This document shows, in pieces, positions 17,231-26,013 of a stretch of DNA of 28,331 nt. The stretch lies in the NCBI GenBank assembly GCA_050010515.1, contig JBEKKX010000032.1:1-28331 (forward strand). Direction: 5' to 3'. This DNA comes from Candidatus Bathyarchaeia archaeon. GTDB lineage: Archaea; Thermoproteota; Bathyarchaeia; Bathyarchaeales; Bathycorpusculaceae. Within the stretch, counting starts at the first letter, position 1; every line of letters starts with the position of its first letter. The notes beneath the pieces were generated by a model that saw nothing but the letters and a program-made list of their open reading frames with translations, ran no database searches and was not told the DNA's origin. A program made the position numbers and the translations under genes.

Positions 17231-17551
17231 ATGACCAAGACTTCTCAAACTCTTGCCTGCTGGTTCATCCGAGACGGCGCCAAACTGGTACAGTGCAGTA
17301 AAGAGGATTTCGATAAAGCTATCGTTGAAGGAAAAAGCGTAAAGTACCATGGCTACGCTAACAAAAAAAGTGAACGCATCGCAGATGAGTTGGAAGGGTC
17401 CCGAATGGCTTTTCTGAGCAACCCAGATTTATCCCCGAAATTCCGCGCCGCAATAACAAACCCAAGAAATGTCGTTGAAGTTCAGGTAATATTGGTTGAT
17501 GACCCTCAATTTTGGTTAAGAGAATCTAAACGTCCTAAATATAGCAAATAA
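17231..17551 (+). CDS. hypothetical protein
   Basis: ATG-initiated 106-aa ORF with globular composition; TATA-like TTAATTAA upstream; family not recognised. Confidence 0.65.
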   Translation: MTKTSQTLACWFIRDGAKLVQCSKEDFDKAIVEGKSVKYHGYANKKSERIADELEGSRMAFLSNPDLSPKFRAAITNPRNVVEVQVILVDDPQFWLRESKRPKYSK

Positions 17552-18411
17552 AACCAATCAGTTAAGCTTCTATAGACTATTTGCTTGACTTGAGATATCT
17601 TCAGAAGCTTCGCCAGCGGCTTTCGCACGTTCTCAGAAACTGTTCTCAAAAAGATAAAGTAGGGCCCGACAGGCGTAGAGCTGCTTTGGATGGTTGTGCC
17701 GTTCCAGAAAATCAACGTTTTGTAAGGCAACGCTATGGGTTGGCTGTCGATTCTGATTGCGTAGACGATGTCTAAGTTGCTGCCGTAAGTCGCCAATAGA
17801 CTGTTTGCGTTGCTCCACACTTCAGCTGAGAGCGCATCCGCATTCCACAGACCCCAAATCGTGTCGTTTGAGTTGCGGAACCCGTAACCGTAGTCTGCAG
17901 GAAGCACGTACGCTGTGTCCGCGGGATACTCTCCACTGCGTGTGTTGGTTTTGGTGTAGTTCCAGAACTGCTTCATCGCATCTAGGTGCGCCTGCGTCAA
18001 GACTCCGTATGGCGTAGCTTCAGTGGAGTTGCCGTCGAAGACGACTATGTATTTGGCGCCGGACTGCCATGCAAAAGTCATGTCAGTGTAGAGTTGGGTG
18101 GCATTTTCTATGCTGCTGTTCCCTTGGTACGTGATTATTACGCCCCAATCTTTGCCGAGAGTGTGGGCTGCGCCTCTGTCAAGAGCCACTGCTATTTGCC
18201 TGCTTTGGTTTCCCACGAACTCGGTGAAAACCGTGCCGTAGCCGCATAAGTAATCGTACCAGTAAAGCCCGTAGTCAGAGGTGAAGAGTTGCGATTGCAC
18301 AGGTGAAGGGTTGAACCAGCTCAAGCTGATCGCCAAATCGCCAGTCAAACCGGCGAAATACGCCTCAGAGACATATGCGTAGTCTCTTGCGTTGAATTGG
18401 CTGTTCGGCAC
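17506..18411 (-). pseudogene. 5'-truncated fragment of a secreted-protein family (FTSDY.LYW.DY / GAKYIVVF type)
   Basis: Conserved-looking core, but no signal/TM segment and an in-frame TAG shortly upstream; the C-terminal tail after LIFWNGT looks like read-through and overlaps the opposite-strand ORF. Confidence 0.55.
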
Positions 18412-18561
18412 ACTGGAAACAACTTTCTCTGAAGTGTCCAGACAACAACGCTACGATACTAGAAGGGCTCGAAATCGTGGGCATGTATTTCATCATCACG
18501 GCAATCTTGGCTAACACTCTTCGAGAGAAAAGAATTCAACTAAACATGCCAAAAACCAAGT

Positions 18562-18580
18562 AAAAGCGGGGTTTACCCGC
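18562..18580 (-). terminator. hairpin plus T-tract downstream of the MBL-fold gene
   Basis: GCGGG-N5-CCCGC followed by TTTT on the minus strand; also T-rich on the plus side, so possibly bidirectional. Confidence 0.55.
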
Positions 18581-18602
18581 AACTTTTTCTTCTTTTCCCG
18601 AA

Positions 18603-19289
18603 TTATTTTTGCTTTAAGGTTTCATTGAATTTTTTGATTTCTTCGGATGCGTTGGGTTTGAGGGTTTCACCGTGCCCAGGTAACATGACGTCAAAGTTTA
18701 GCGTGGATGCTTTGGCAATGGATTCTCTTATCTGATTCGGGTCTGTGCTGAACTGTTCGGGTGCGCCGCTGACTTTTTTGCCGTCGTATCGGAGGGTGTC
18801 GCCTGCGAACAGAACTTTTCTTTCTTCATCTAGCAGCATGATACTTCCCGGCGTGTGCCCAGGCGTGTGGATGACGACGAGGCCTGCGATTTTGTCGCCT
18901 TCTTTGAGGATTACGTCAACTTGAACAGGTACAGGTTTGACGAAGGATGAAACGGCTCTGAACAGAATGTTTTTGGGTTTCGGCAGGGGCTTTTTTCCTG
19001 AGACGTAGTCCGCGTCTTCCGTGTGTACGGCAACTTTTGCGTTGGTGAGGTCTTTGAGTTCTTTGGCGCTTCCCATATGGTCCATGTGAAAGTGGGTTAG
19101 AATTATGGTTTTGACGTCGGTGGGTTGGTAGCCTAGTTTTTGGATGTATTCAACGGTTTTCTGGGCGTTCCCTGACGTTCCCGTGTCAATGACTGTGAGT
19201 TCCTTGCCATTGATTAATAGGTACACGTTGGCGTGGGCCATGTTGGCGCTTGCTTCATCTACCCGATGAATGCCTTCAATTATCTCCAT
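18603..19289 (-). CDS. MBL-fold metallo-hydrolase (glyoxalase II-like)
   Basis: IDTG, THFHMDHMG, HTPGHTPGS, AGD and PGHG motifs; start ATG 19289 or GTG 19298. Confidence 0.93.
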   Translation of the reverse strand: MEIIEGIHRVDEASANMAHANVYLLINGKELTVIDTGTSGNAQKTVEYIQKLGYQPTDVKTIILTHFHMDHMGSAKELKDLTNAKVAVHTEDADYVSGKKPLPKPKNILFRAVSSFVKPVPVQVDVILKEGDKIAGLVVIHTPGHTPGSIMLLDEERKVLFAGDTLRYDGKKVSGAPEQFSTDPNQIRESIAKASTLNFDVMLPGHGETLKPNASEEIKKFNETLKQK

Positions 19290-19691
19290 AAGAAACACCT
19301 ACAATTTTGCTTAAAAAGTAAGATTCACCGATATATAAACAGTGTAACCTACAAAAAATGTGCCAAAATGAAGCCTTTTTTCAGAGTAAAAAATGATGAA
19401 CAGTTCACGGTGTGAAGCTGAACATGCCGTCAAAAGCCAGATCCATCGCTATGCTCGCAAGATAAAGAGCATCCTATATTAGGACAGCACCGCTTTTTCT
19501 TTAACCGTTCTGACAGCGAGGACGAGGCCAAAAGCCTAGAAAAAGGAAAAGCCATGACAGGAAGGTTGAGAGATAGATAAGTTTAGCTGTGAGCTGACGT
19601 TTTGGTTGTAACTCCCTTTTTTCTCGCAAGTAAGGTTATTCGGTCAAATCTTGAAAAAAACATAAACGGTTGTTTCTTAATTTGGTTTGGA

Positions 19692-19904
19692 TTATTTGTT
19701 TGTTTTCCTTTTTCTGATTGTTCCTTTAAAGCTTTTCACTGTTTCTTCACAAACGCCTGGTTTCCATTTGCATATGCCTTCAATTATTTCTTTGAGGTAA
19801 TATTCGAGTTCTTCATTTGTTAAGTTACTAGAGCAATCAACCTTGTACACAATTTCGCCTTTGTCCCGGTTTACACTTACTTCCACCAAAACATTGTCTT
19901 TCAT
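19692..19904 (-). CDS. small hypothetical protein
   Basis: ATG-initiated 70-aa ORF with plausible beta-beta-alpha composition; TATA-like TTAAAT upstream. Confidence 0.55.
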   Translation of the reverse strand: MKDNVLVEVSVNRDKGEIVYKVDCSSNLTNEELEYYLKEIIEGICKWKPGVCEETVKSFKGTIRKRKTNK

Positions 19905-20056
19905 GAAATTTCAGTCTCTATCTCTATTAGATTCAATTTAGATTTAAGGTTTCTATCCATTTACGTAGGAAATTAGTGGTTGTATCCGAGAAGACACTTA
20001 AGTTTATGCAAAAGAGCTGATGCTAGTCGATCATTCATATGAGCTATTTGGATTCA

Positions 20057-20266
20057 TCATATTCGGCTGAAGTATTCTAGCGGCGCATACCAGAAAGCTG
20101 TAATTGACTTTTTGCAGTTTGGGTTTTGGCACTTATATTTCTTTTTCACAATATTGCCATAGTAACTATTTAGTATTGGCTTTACTGATGAGAATGCTAT
20201 ATGGAGTCTATCAGGCGGCTCAACTTCAAGGAGTTCATAACAGAAGGGGCATTCGAGTACAGCCAT
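20057..20266 (-). CDS. small Zn-ribbon protein
   Basis: CPFC ... CQNPNC cysteine pairs; ATG 20266 preceded by GAGGGTG. Confidence 0.7.
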   Translation of the reverse strand: MAVLECPFCYELLEVEPPDRLHIAFSSVKPILNSYYGNIVKKKYKCQNPNCKKSITAFWYAPLEYFSRI

Positions 20267-20530
20267 AATATACACCCTCAAACTGTTAATACTCTATTCT
20301 GCGGTAAAAAATTTGCGATGCTAATATTATTATTCAAATCTAAGTTGGCTCTTAAGATATCCCTTGATAGTTACTAACGAAACTGTAGCCTAATGTGCTT
20401 TTACAGGGTTTTCTCTAATGGATATTTAGCGTTTGGTTAAGAAAATAACGCATTCACACATGACCCTTTCTTTCTTCGTTTGCTGGCATGGAAAAAAACG
20501 TTAAGAACTCAGAATGGATAGGTTTTTTCA

Positions 20531-21004
20531 TTAGGTGTGGCTGGTTCTAATTAGGTTTTTAACATCGAAACCTTTTGACTTTACAAGTTCTATTAATTGG
20601 GAAAATAGCTTGTCGTCCATTTGTGGGGTTCTGCTCAGTATCCAAAGGTACTTGCGGTTTGGTGTGCCTACAACGGCGTAATCGTAGTCTTTCCCCAAAT
20701 TTATAATCCAATAGTCACCATAAAATGGCCAGAAGAATGTTACTTTAAGTTTCGCTCCAGTGTTCTTATCTACCACTTTTGCCTTGCCCTTTGCCCGTTT
20801 CACTTTGCCATTCCTTTTGCACTCGTTAAGCACAGATATGCTGCCATCTTCACGTAGAGAGTAAGTTGCTGATATATCAGAACAGCCTTCTTCAAATCTG
20901 GCAGGCAGACGGGCTATCTCATACCATTTGCCCAAGTACTTTTTTAGATCGACATGCGGCACAACTTCAAGGGTTTCGTATTCCTTTTTCGACAAATGGG
21001 TCAC
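20531..21004 (-). CDS. blc: lipocalin, bacterial Blc family, without signal peptide
   Basis: VDLKKYLGKWYEIARLP (SCR1), LKVTFFWPFYGDYWI and YLWILSRTP (SCR3). Confidence 0.93.
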   Translation of the reverse strand: MTHLSKKEYETLEVVPHVDLKKYLGKWYEIARLPARFEEGCSDISATYSLREDGSISVLNECKRNGKVKRAKGKAKVVDKNTGAKLKVTFFWPFYGDYWIINLGKDYDYAVVGTPNRKYLWILSRTPQMDDKLFSQLIELVKSKGFDVKNLIRTSHT

Positions 21005-21119
21005 TTAGTATTGAAGCTAGACATCAATGTATTATTTTCGGTTGAGCGCCTAAACGTCATCTTCCCTCTTACCGAATCTTTTTTATAATAAGTTCTTAAA
21101 AGAATTGTTAGGGATTGTT

Positions 21120-21452
21120 TTGAAACGGGAAGAAGCAATATCGGTTCTGAAGGAACTACTTGACAATTGCCGTGGTCTTGATGGTCATTATTTGGAATTA
21201 TCACCATCTAACGTCTCTACGTCAACGATGGGAGGGTATCAAATTACTATAAAAACAGCCCTTAATGAAGAAACAAAAAAATGCATACAAGAAATATTAA
21301 TGAAACATCAACTTACCTACCAAGCTGGCAGTATGTGGAGAACAAAGCGGTCTATAAATAAAACAGACCCTGACACATTCATAATTTACAAACCCAAGGA
21401 AAACGCGCCCGCTGGAGGCAAACCCTTGCGGTCTGAAAGACCCCGAGTTTAG
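21120..21452 (+). CDS. hypothetical protein
   Basis: ORF with likely TTG start (MKREEAISVLKELL), divergent from the lipocalin gene, TATA TTTTATAA upstream. Confidence 0.65.
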   Translation: MKREEAISVLKELLDNCRGLDGHYLELSPSNVSTSTMGGYQITIKTALNEETKKCIQEILMKHQLTYQAGSMWRTKRSINKTDPDTFIIYKPKENAPAGGKPLRSERPRV

Positions 21453-21595
21453 CATTTTGCTGTGGTCGGTTGTAACGTGAGCGGAAGCAAGTCCGCAGCG
21501 ACACTATTTCCAATTGTAGAAATATATATTTGGTGGATAGCAGAGCTTAAAAGCAAAAATCAACAAAGTAAAGCCAAGGGGTTGCTTAAAGAAAT

Positions 21596-22018
21596 ATGAA
21601 TAATTGGAAAGCAGTAGGGTGCATTTTTCTTGTTTTTGGATTACTCTGCTTTGTCGTAGGTTTAATTGCAGGGAATGCAGCGGCGAATGCAAATCCATAT
21701 ATTGCCTCAATTGACCCCTCGGCATCACAAGCTCTTTTTATGAATTCTTTTGAACCTTACGCTATAACATCATTATTCATGTTTGCAATAGGTGCCGTGG
21801 GATTGTATGCTGGCAGAACTTCACAAGCCGCCCCGACAACTGCTCCAACTTACAGTCAATCTTCGGTATATTCAATTTCTTCGCAAGTCTCTTCCCCAAA
21901 CGCTCAATTACATCCACCTGATCCTAAAGTGTGGACATGCCCGCATTGTGGTCAAGCTGCAATTTTCATAGAAGAATATCAAAGATGGTACTGCGTTCAA
22001 GAAAAAAAATATGTTTAG
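21596..22018 (+). CDS. two-TM membrane protein with C-terminal Zn-ribbon
   Basis: Two hydrophobic helices, S/P/T linker and CPHCG...YQRWYC..EKKYV terminus. Confidence 0.78.
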   Translation: MNNWKAVGCIFLVFGLLCFVVGLIAGNAAANANPYIASIDPSASQALFMNSFEPYAITSLFMFAIGAVGLYAGRTSQAAPTTAPTYSQSSVYSISSQVSSPNAQLHPPDPKVWTCPHCGQAAIFIEEYQRWYCVQEKKYV

Positions 22019-22454
22019 ACTATTTTTGTCGCATATGCATAAGCGGGAGCGAAGCACCGGGCGCCTTAACAATTTAAGATAATGCTTTTGCGAGAATCTG
22101 CCAATTTGATGATTTAAAGGCTCAAACATCTAAAGTCCACAATGTTGGTTAGATTGCTTTTGTAGACTTAACCCATAATTATGTAAGAATAGATGTGTAA
22201 GAGTGTTTTCTATTGTATTTCGCTTATCTTCGATCATACATGGATTTTACGTGAAAAGTATCGAAATAATATGAAGTAAATAATTAGATGTTAATTACAC
22301 AAACCACAACCTATAAATTTTAGGTTAATTATTTTACCATGTAATTTACCATAAATTTGTTATTTGTGAAGTGGATAATTTGTGACAACATCTGAGTATT
22401 TCACACTTCATTACAGTACGCAAGTTTTTTATACAACATCAAACTAAATGATAA

Positions 22455-22862
22455 ATGACCTTTATGGAAGAATTAAAAAAGAAATTTATTGTAAATGATA
22501 ATTTGGAAGAAGAAACGATTAAGAACTACGTGGAACGCCTGCTCCCTTTTTGTAAACTTTCGTCCAATGGCAACATACTAGTTGATAAAAAAATCTCAAC
22601 TTCACTGAAAAGAATGAAGACAGCATTAGTTGGAAGGTTCTTAGCAAATCGCCTCGAACCAAGTATACCTGCGGAAATGAGTGGTGAAGAGTTGTCAACT
22701 ATTTTGAACATCCCCAAAGACCAGATATACGCGAGGGTAAAAGACCTAAAGAAGGAGAGATTCGTCGTTATTTTGGAAAAGAAGAAGTATAGAGTTCAGT
22801 CTCATGAAATAGACAAGTTTCTTAGTGAATTGGAAAAAGAGTTTGGAACGGAAAAGAAATGA
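22455..22862 (+). CDS. uncharacterised protein with C-terminal winged HTH
   Basis: MSGEELSTILNIPKDQIYARVKDLKKERFV....KKYRV is an HTH plus wing pattern; ATGA overlap with the next gene. Confidence 0.8.
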   Translation: MTFMEELKKKFIVNDNLEEETIKNYVERLLPFCKLSSNGNILVDKKISTSLKRMKTALVGRFLANRLEPSIPAEMSGEELSTILNIPKDQIYARVKDLKKERFVVILEKKKYRVQSHEIDKFLSELEKEFGTEKK

Positions 22863-23650
22863 GTCTAAGTAGCTTTTTTCCGCAAGAAGAAATTGAGTCT
22901 TGGCAAAGAATAGTTTTTCAATTTCATGATAAGCTACTCTTAAATGATGACCTAACAGACATGAAAGCTGTCCTTATCTGTCTTTACATGCGTTGCAATC
23001 AACTTAAAATTGCCGAAGTTAATTATTCGGAAGTTAAAGACTTGTTTCTTGGATTTGGTCGCCAAACGAACAATTTTAAAGTCAATTTGTTTAACGCAAA
23101 GAAGCAAAACCTCATTTGCGAGAGGGAGGAAAACGGGTCTAAGCTATTGTCACTCACTACCAAAGGATTGAAATCTTTGAAAGACCTAATCGGTGAGACT
23201 CTTGGGATACGGACGTGGGTAATTGAAGCGGGAAAAGTATATAGTGGAAAAAAGCTGCTTCAGGAGATAGTGCAACCAAATATAGGCGCCTCACTTCGCA
23301 TATGTGACCCATATGTAAGTGCAAGAACTCTCGATTTTATCCACAACATCGGTCACAAGTGCAAAGTGTCTTTATTGACCCAAACGGTTCAAGACAAAAA
23401 CAATTTTCAAAGAGAACTCAAAGACTTTCAAAAGGAATTCCCTGAAATCGAAATAGAGGTTAGACTTTTCTCAAAGACTACCTTGCACGATAGGTATATG
23501 ATTTCTGATGATGCAGCATGGTCGATTGGCTCCAGTCTTAAAGACCTTGGAAATAAAGACACGTTAGTCACGAGACTTGGAGATGAAATAAGATTTGCAC
23601 TTTTAGACGTCTTTGAAAAAAGATGGCTTGAATCCACTCCTTTGACCTAA
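22859..23650 (+). CDS. wHTH plus phospholipase D-like (nuclease-type) domain protein
   Basis: N-terminal wHTH ending LSLTTKG; C-terminal ICDPYV ... VSLLT ... LHDRYMISD..WSIGSSLKDLG, a PLD-like HDR variant of the HKD motif. Confidence 0.8.
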   Translation: MSLSSFFPQEEIESWQRIVFQFHDKLLLNDDLTDMKAVLICLYMRCNQLKIAEVNYSEVKDLFLGFGRQTNNFKVNLFNAKKQNLICEREENGSKLLSLTTKGLKSLKDLIGETLGIRTWVIEAGKVYSGKKLLQEIVQPNIGASLRICDPYVSARTLDFIHNIGHKCKVSLLTQTVQDKNNFQRELKDFQKEFPEIEIEVRLFSKTTLHDRYMISDDAAWSIGSSLKDLGNKDTLVTRLGDEIRFALLDVFEKRWLESTPLT

Positions 23651-23675
23651 GTTTTCTAAAAGATTTAGAACTCTA

Positions 23676-23963
23676 TCAATGAAGAAAACGGGTGATTAAT
23701 TTGCTTTTTTTTGAAGATTTTGTAGTCGCTACTTCTTTGTGAACAGTTTTATTCCGTTGAAATCCATTTCGTATTTGTAACCTTTTGTCTTTGTTTAGTA
23801 AGTTTTGTTGTCTTTGGACAATTAGCTCGTCTGGGGTTTTGTGGAGGTACTCCAAGAACTCTGCAAAGTTTCCTTTGTAGATTTCTTTGGTTGCTTCTCC
23901 TTTACTGCTCAGTTCGCTTTGCCAATATTGGAGTGCAAGCGATGTTGGGTATAAAGTGGTTAT
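23676..23963 (-). pseudogene. truncated tyrosine recombinase/integrase N-terminal fragment
   Basis: 96-codon frame beginning at ATA: ITTLYPTSLALQYWQSELSSKGEATKEIYKGNFAEFLEYLHKTPDELIVQRQQNLLNKD. It resembles the core-binding N-terminus of archaeal integrases; no catalytic domain follows. Confidence 0.6.
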
Positions 23964-23992
23964 GTTGTTTACGCTGGCTCTTATGTTGTTTT

Positions 23993-24310
23993 GTGGGCTG
24001 GTGTGCTGGCAGTAACCCGCCTTCTGTTATTGTGGCATTCGGCTAATCGGGCTACCCGCGCCTTCAGGTAGATGCTTCATCGGCGACTGTTTGCCCTTTC
24101 CACTTGCAGGACGGCCGTTTCACCGCTTCCAAACTGGCGCACTCGACATCACAAATGTCTCATCGCCAAGTCCAATTGGACGTTTCGTTTCTGCTCCGTT
24201 GCCAAGGCTCTCGCCCTGTCCCAGAAGGACTACAATTCTACACGTGGGCGGAGTTTCCTCAGACCCAGCATTTTTGGGTCCGACAGCCACACACCAACTC
24301 GCCAGCCCAC
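23993..24310 (-). ncRNA. rnpB: RNase P RNA (archaeal)
   Basis: Minus strand has GAGGAAACTCCGCCC (P4 5' side), GCAGAAACGAAAC, GGTGAAACGGCC and AACAGAAGGCGGGTTA (P4 3' side), closed by a GTGGGCTGG/CCAGCCCAC terminal helix; about 318 nt and GC-rich. Confidence 0.95.
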
Positions 24311-24365
24311 ACAGTAAAGTGTAATCGGAAGCAATAAGAATTTCCCACCTCATCAGTAACAGTTC

Positions 24366-24950
24366 ATGAGTAAACGCGTCATCCTCATAACTGGCACTCC
24401 ATGCACGGGCAAAACAACCACTGCTAAACAGTTAACTGCGATGCTGGATGCCCTGTACATTAACTTGACCGACTACGCCAAAACCTATGGCTTAACGTTA
24501 GGTGAAGACAAAGAAAGAAAAACACTCATAATTGACGAAGAAAAAATGCGCACAAAACTCGCCGAAACCATAAACGCCGCAGACAAAGCCAACATCATCA
24601 TCGACGGGCACTACGCCGCTGCCGTAACCCCAGCAGATCTTGTCAGCCATGTTTTTGTTTTGCGCCGAAACCCCAAAGAACTCAAACAGTTCATGATAAA
24701 ATGCGGTTTTGAAGGCATTAAGCTTTGGGAGAACCTTTCCGCTGAAATCCTTGACGTCTGCCTCGTCGAAGCTGTGCAGGCGCAGCCGGGCAAGGTTTGC
24801 GAGTTAGACGTGACAGGAAAAACTGTTGAGGCAGTCGTTAACGAAATCATGGATGTCTTGGAAAAAGGCAAAAAATGCAACGTTGGCTGCGTGGATTGGC
24901 TGGGCATGCTTGAACGGGAAGGCTTAACTGATCAGTACTTGAAAGCTTAA
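24366..24950 (+). CDS. adenylate kinase, AK6/Fap7-like family
   Basis: ITGTPCTGKTT P-loop, hhhDGH motif and ENLSAEILDVCL. Confidence 0.9.
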   Translation: MSKRVILITGTPCTGKTTTAKQLTAMLDALYINLTDYAKTYGLTLGEDKERKTLIIDEEKMRTKLAETINAADKANIIIDGHYAAAVTPADLVSHVFVLRRNPKELKQFMIKCGFEGIKLWENLSAEILDVCLVEAVQAQPGKVCELDVTGKTVEAVVNEIMDVLEKGKKCNVGCVDWLGMLEREGLTDQYLKA

Positions 24951-25208
24951 TGATTGGTGTATATTTAGCTCTTGTTTTTTCTTCTTTAGTGCTTTTTTTC
25001 TACATTAAAAAACAGACTTTTCTATGTTGAAAAGCACCGTTCTGCATGCAAAGTGCGCAGTCTTAGTTCTATGCACATCTATGTTGAATCATATTTGAAG
25101 CATATTAGAAGCATCTAGTAGACCCGAGGTAGGCTGAGCACAAATAAATATCCTAAGACAAAAAACGAGAGCTAAATACATACAATGATTGCAATATTTT
25201 AGATCTAT

Positions 25209-25421
25209 TTAGGCACTCTTGAGTTCCTCAAGTGTTACGCAATTGCCTTTTTTCATCTCTTCAATTGATCGTTTAATTTCCTCTTTTTCCTCTTTGCTTA
25301 CTGTTACCTCAGGAAGCCCCTTTACAATAACTTCCTCAATTGCATCTTCGATAAGGCTTAACCTCTTATTCACCTGTTTGACTTCATCGTAGATCATTTC
25401 AAGCGTAACCTCAGTACCCAC
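25209..25421 (-). CDS. antitoxin-like small protein (RelE/ParE-partner type)
   Basis: Acidic helical 70-aa protein ending EEIKRSIEEMKKGNCVTLEEL, typical of archaeal RelB-like antitoxins; TATA TATAAG upstream. Confidence 0.7.
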   Translation of the reverse strand: MGTEVTLEMIYDEVKQVNKRLSLIEDAIEEVIVKGLPEVTVSKEEKEEIKRSIEEMKKGNCVTLEELKSA

Positions 25422-25578
25422 TTACTTCGCCCCAAATAATGACTTATTTAGGCAGCTTATATTTTTTTTATTGATTGATTCAAGTGTTGCTGTAAAAAAT
25501 AGGTGATTTCACTGCGGAAAGACGGCAAAAGTGTATGACAAAACGCCTAAAGCTTTCTCTTGCATCAACTGTTAAGCG

Positions 25579-25941
25579 CTATCGGAAGCTGCCTATTTTC
25601 TGCTTAGTTAACAGCGTGATTTTGCGCCTGTTGGAGTATGATTTGGCGTGGTCGCTGAATTTATCACCAATCATTATGGGGCTGCCTAAGCCAACATCTT
25701 CTGAAGATGTGTCCAACCCGATGATTACGTTTACGCCTATGGTTCGGTTCCAGTCCCTGACCCAAACGCCCTGCTCCAAGCGACCCTTCTGCACGATAAG
25801 GTCAAAATGCCTGGTTTCGCCGCTGTAGCCTTCAAGCACTACATTTTCCCTGTTAACCTTGTAGCCTTCTTTTTTGAAGTATTGAATTGCTAAGTCCAAT
25901 AAATGCGATCTGGGCTTAGGCTGTTCTTCATCAATGTTCAT
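25579..25941 (-). CDS. stand-alone Mrr-like restriction endonuclease-fold protein
   Basis: YFKKEGYKV, GYSG...FDLIV and FSDHAKSYS...ITL fit the Mrr_cat/PD-(D/E)XK fold. Confidence 0.75.
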   Translation of the reverse strand: MNIDEEQPKPRSHLLDLAIQYFKKEGYKVNRENVVLEGYSGETRHFDLIVQKGRLEQGVWVRDWNRTIGVNVIIGLDTSSEDVGLGSPIMIGDKFSDHAKSYSNRRKITLLTKQKIGSFR

Positions 25942-26013
25942 AACACTCGCTCTCTTTTCTGCTAAACCTTATCAACCTGTGTGTGGAAAAGCCTTTCGGA
26001 AGACAAACAAGAA

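Noticed and set aside
18161-18170. GTGTGGGCTG as a possible second att copy of the rnpB end
   Set aside because: Short match lying inside a coding fragment; chance level.
24072-24353. Four overlapping 77-81 aa ORFs
   Set aside because: Artefacts of the GC-rich RNase P RNA gene.
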